A DNA stretch of 9,034 nucleotides from an archaeon (GTDB lineage Archaea; Iainarchaeota; Iainarchaeia; Iainarchaeales; CSSED10-239): NCBI GenBank assembly GCA_037147375.1, contig JBAWVI010000037.1:1-9034 (forward strand), written 5' to 3'. Made by a program: the position numbers and the translations under genes. Under the pieces are notes generated by a model. The model searched no databases and had not been told where the DNA came from. It saw only the letters and a program-made list of their open reading frames with translations. Positions 5,998 to 9,034 of this stretch are shown piece after piece. Every line of letters begins with the position of its first letter. Positions within the stretch are counted from its first letter, which is position 1.

Positions 5998-7224
5998 ATG
6001 AAATCAACTAAATCTATTCTTTTGTCTCCTGTTGGTTCATGGGATATGTTATCTTCTGCAATTAATGCAGGATGTAATGCAGTTTATCTTGGTATTAAAG
6101 GGCTTAACATGAGAGACAGTGGAGCAAAGAACTTCTCTCTTTCTGATTTGAAAAAGATAGCTTCCATTTGTCACTTAAAAAAAGTATTAGTATATTTAAC
6201 AGTTAATACTATTATTTATGAAAATGAAACTAAAAAAGTTGAAAAGATATTAATTGCAGCAAAGAAAGCAAATATAGATGCTATTATTGCTTGGGATTTT
6301 TCAGTAATTTCTCTTTGTAAGAAATACAAGCTTCCAATGTATTTATCAACTCAAGCAAGTGTTTCAAATTTTGAGGCAATTAAGCAATATCATAAGCTTG
6401 GAGTTAATAGATTTGTTCTTGCAAGAGAATGCACGTTATCTCAAGTAAAAGAAATAACCAAAAAAGCTAAAATTCTTGATAAGAATATCCAGATTGAAGT
6501 TTTTATTCATGGAGCAATGTGTGTGTCTGTTTCTGGAAGATGTTTTTTATCTCAATTTCTTTATGGAAATGAAACTAGTGCAAATAGAGGTAAATGCATT
6601 CAACCTTGTAGGAGAAACTATATAATTAAAGATCCAGAAACAGAAAAAGAACTTGATGTTCATAATAATTATATTTTAAGTCCAAAAGATCTATGTACTC
6701 TACCATTTATTGATAAACTTATAGAGGCTGGAGTTCATATATTTAAGATAGAAGGAAGAGGAAGAAGTCCAGAATATGTTTCTGTTGTAACAAATTGTTA
6801 TAGGGAAGCAATTGATGCATATTACAATCATAAACTTACTCAAGCTCTAAAAGACAAGCTTGTTTTACGATTAAAAGAAGTTTATAATAAGGGTTTTTCA
6901 TCTGGATTTTATCTTGGTAAACCAATTAATGAATGGGCAGGAACATATGGAACTCTTGCAACAAAGAAGAAGAAGTATATTGCTAAGATATTAAACATTT
7001 ACAAAAAAATAGGTGTTGCTGAGATTAAGCTTGAAAATGGTCCATTAAAGATAGGAGATACTATCCTAATTATTGGAAAGAATACAGGTGTTCTTGAACA
7101 AAAGGTAATGAGTATACAAAAAGATGTTAATCATCCTCTAAAGATAGCAAATAAAGGGGATGTAGTTGCAATTAAGCTTGATAAAATGATTGAAAAACAA
7201 GATTTAATATACTTATTTAAATGA
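5998..7224 (+). CDS. Peptidase U32 family protein (collagenase-like / RlhA-TrhP-UbiU-type Fe-S protein) with a C-terminal beta-barrel-like extension.
   Basis: The N terminus ILLSPVGSWDMLSSAINAGCNAVYLG and the segment EVFIHGAMCVSVSGRCFLSQ are classic U32 motifs. Four cysteines (C175, C182, C200, C204; nt 6520-6609) are arranged C-x6-C-x17-C-x3-C. The gene starts 24 nt after the corA stop. Confidence 0.9.
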   Translation: MKSTKSILLSPVGSWDMLSSAINAGCNAVYLGIKGLNMRDSGAKNFSLSDLKKIASICHLKKVLVYLTVNTIIYENETKKVEKILIAAKKANIDAIIAWDFSVISLCKKYKLPMYLSTQASVSNFEAIKQYHKLGVNRFVLARECTLSQVKEITKKAKILDKNIQIEVFIHGAMCVSVSGRCFLSQFLYGNETSANRGKCIQPCRRNYIIKDPETEKELDVHNNYILSPKDLCTLPFIDKLIEAGVHIFKIEGRGRSPEYVSVVTNCYREAIDAYYNHKLTQALKDKLVLRLKEVYNKGFSSGFYLGKPINEWAGTYGTLATKKKKYIAKILNIYKKIGVAEIKLENGPLKIGDTILIIGKNTGVLEQKVMSIQKDVNHPLKIANKGDVVAIKLDKMIEKQDLIYLFK

Positions 7225-7233
7225 GATGAAATT

Positions 7234-7983
7234 ATGGGCTTTGATAGATTCATAAATATTGTTTTTCCAAGTGTTCATAATCTTAGGAAAAAAGTTGTTC
7301 TTAAAAATTATATTAAAGATGAATTTAAATACTATCCAGACTCAAAGGTTTTATGTGTACTTTGTCCTCCATGGCACATTTCAAAAGCAACAACATCAAT
7401 TGTTCGTCACACCCTAAGAAGATATAAATATTCTTATTTAACCTATGATATTAATCCTGATTTTTTATCTCCTGATTATATGGCAACCAAGAGATATCTT
7501 AGAGAAATTATAAATAAGATACAAACAGATATAAAAAAATATGATGATAAACACAAGTTCATAGATATTCATATTGTTGGTTTTAGTTTTGGTTCTCTAT
7601 ATGCTATTAATGTTGCTAATAAAAATAATAAGATAAGTAAGGTTATTTTAATAACTATAGGTAATTCGATTGCAGATTGTTTATTTGATAGTATAAGCAC
7701 TTCTGAAATGAAAGATAAACTATTAGAGCAAGGAATTACAAAAATTAAATATAATAATATATTAAAAGAATTTAATCCTGAAGAAAATGTTTCTGGACTA
7801 AAAAATAAAGATGTTAGAATAATTATATCAAGAAAGGACCAAGTAATAAAATACAAGTATGGATTAAAACTAATTCAAAAAATGAGGAAAAAAGGAATTA
7901 ATCCACAAGTTGTTGATAACCAAAATCAAGGACATTATGGAACAAACATAAAGTTTCTTCTTTATCCAAATAAATTCTTATAA
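7234..7983 (+). CDS. Alpha/beta-fold serine hydrolase (esterase/lipase-like), specific function unknown.
   Basis: The nucleophile elbow G-F-S-F-G (residues 116-120, Ser118 at nt 7585-7587) follows the beta-strand IHIV. A later acidic residue (SRKDQVI) and a C-terminal His (NQGHYG) occur in the canonical Ser-Asp-His order. The gene starts 9 nt after the U32 stop. Confidence 0.65.
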   Translation: MGFDRFINIVFPSVHNLRKKVVLKNYIKDEFKYYPDSKVLCVLCPPWHISKATTSIVRHTLRRYKYSYLTYDINPDFLSPDYMATKRYLREIINKIQTDIKKYDDKHKFIDIHIVGFSFGSLYAINVANKNNKISKVILITIGNSIADCLFDSISTSEMKDKLLEQGITKIKYNNILKEFNPEENVSGLKNKDVRIIISRKDQVIKYKYGLKLIQKMRKKGINPQVVDNQNQGHYGTNIKFLLYPNKFL

Positions 7984-7984
7984 A

Positions 7985-8764
7985 TTATTTAATCTTTTGT
8001 GTTACAAGAACAATTGATTCACTTTTTTGTTTATTAAATTTTGAAAATTCAAAATCTCCATAAACTTCAATAATCTTAAATCCATTTTTCTTTAAGCTTT
8101 TTTCAAGATCATAATATGAATACATCTGTGCATCCCAATTTTTAGTAATAACTCTTGGTTCTAAATATTGCTCTTGAATATAGATCTTTTGAGTATCATT
8201 AAGTATATCTCCTTTCTTTATCTCATATTTACAAAATCTAACATACTTCATATCTCCTGTACTCATTGCAGTGTCTAAAAATTCATAGGCCTGACATTCT
8301 TTTACCCAATAATCTTTATTAATTATGTCCACAATATAATATCCATTTGGATTAAGATTCTGTCCAACATTCTTTACAGTTTCATTAAATCCATCTTTTG
8401 TAACATGAGCAATTGCATTAAATAAGGTTATAACACAATCAAATTTTTTATTTCCAAATCTTGCATTTCTCATATCTTTTACATAAAACTCAGCTTTAGT
8501 TAATTTCCTTGCCTTTGCTTTCTTCTTTGCTTCTTCTATCATGTTCTTTGAAATGTCTGATCCAAGAACAAAAGAATATCCATTCTCAAGAAGATGAAAT
8601 ACCTGAAGTCCAGTTCCACAAGTAAGATCTGCAATACTCTTAATAGTTGGGTATTTTTTAAGAGTTTTAAGAAGAAAGTGATTCATATCCCTTACATCTT
8701 TCTCATCAAGTTCAAATATATCATAATACTTAGCAAAATAATCATAATCATAATCTTTTAACAT
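7985..8764 (-). CDS. Class I SAM-dependent methyltransferase.
   Basis: Motif I is IADLTCGTGLQ. An acidic residue lies at the end of strand 2 (LGSDIS), the post-I/II pattern YVKDM is present, and motif FDCVITLFNAIAHV is typical of Methyltransf_11/25-type domains. The substrate cannot be determined from sequence alone. Confidence 0.85.
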   Translation of the reverse strand: MLKDYDYDYFAKYYDIFELDEKDVRDMNHFLLKTLKKYPTIKSIADLTCGTGLQVFHLLENGYSFVLGSDISKNMIEEAKKKAKARKLTKAEFYVKDMRNARFGNKKFDCVITLFNAIAHVTKDGFNETVKNVGQNLNPNGYYIVDIINKDYWVKECQAYEFLDTAMSTGDMKYVRFCKYEIKKGDILNDTQKIYIQEQYLEPRVITKNWDAQMYSYYDLEKSLKKNGFKIIEVYGDFEFSKFNKQKSESIVLVTQKIK

Positions 8765-8780
8765 ATTTTATCATCTCATT

Positions 8781-9034
8781 TTATTTATAATCATTATAAT
8801 CTAAAATATTAATATTTAAAAAAGATGTTTTAAAGAATATATCTAGACAATCTTTTTGAAAATTAAATTCATCATTATTAAAAAAGAATGGGTAATAATC
8901 TATAGTTTTTTCTTTAATATTAAAATATACTTGTTTATTTAATTTATATAAAAAAGTTTTAGTATCATATAAGAAAATTGTAATAGTGTTATATACAATA
9001 GTTAAATCAAAATTATGACCAAGTAAGACTTTCG
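8781..9034 (-). CDS. Hypothetical protein. The C-terminal 83 codons are in the window and the 5' end runs off the right edge.
   Basis: The minus-strand frame entering at 9032 stays open for 83 codons (KVLLGHNFDLTIVYNTITIFLYDTKTFLYKLNKQVYFNIKEKTIDYYPFFFNNDEFNFQKDCLDIFFKTSFLNINILDYNDYK) to TAA (complement of 8781-8783). A stop-free run of that length is unlikely by chance in DNA this AT-rich. It ends 16 nt upstream of the methyltransferase ATG. It is not in the ORF track. I recognise no family. Confidence 0.55.
   Translation of the reverse strand, partial: KVLLGHNFDLTIVYNTITIFLYDTKTFLYKLNKQVYFNIKEKTIDYYPFFFNNDEFNFQKDCLDIFFKTSFLNINILDYNDYK

Noticed and set aside
7569-7856. A 95-aa minus-strand ORF from the track.
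   Set aside because: It lies entirely antisense within the alpha/beta hydrolase CDS, which carries the GFSFG nucleophile elbow. It has no RBS and no recognisable motif, so it is most likely a chance open frame in AT-rich DNA.
1-9034. A scan for tRNA/rRNA, CRISPR arrays, IS elements or terminal inverted repeats, integrases, toxin-antitoxin pairs and known defence genes.
   Set aside because: There are no GC-rich ~75-nt islands of the kind tRNAs form in AT-rich DNA. There are no regularly spaced direct repeats and no transposase- or recombinase-like ORFs. All repeats found are explained by tandem gene duplications.

Overview
This is a very AT-rich prokaryotic window, roughly 25-30% GC by eye. 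TAA and TGA are both used as stops, GGAGG/AGGGG-type ribosome-binding sites are present, and about 90% of the window is coding. I support 12 CDS. Two of them run off the window edges and are absent from the supplied ORF track.

The left half (1-4913) consists of three back-to-back tandem paralog pairs:
- Two CheY-like receiver (REC) domain proteins with a C-terminal region I cannot assign (minus strand).
- Two co-linear 331-aa AI-2E/UPF0118-type permeases (plus strand), the second followed by a 64-aa two-helix ORF.
- Two ~173-aa small polytopic membrane proteins resembling DUF5684 (minus strand).

The right half is an apparent corA / U32-family (four-Cys motif) / alpha-beta serine hydrolase operon. 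It is followed by a convergent class I SAM methyltransferase and one more partial minus-strand ORF.

I see no tRNA, rRNA, CRISPR array, IS element, integrase, or recognisable defence or toxin genes. I do not see a convincing novel multi-gene system. The points most worth a second look are:
- the serial tandem duplications;
- the orphan REC proteins with an unknown output region;
- a perfect 9-bp inverted repeat in the divergent REC/AI-2E control region, together with a promoter/leader module conserved in front of both AI-2E paralogs;
- loss of a family-conserved Gly/Pro segment in the second AI-2E paralog;
- the U32 Fe-S-type protein embedded between corA and a hydrolase.

Taxonomy cannot be resolved from this window. 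An AT-rich archaeon or an AT-rich bacterium would both fit.
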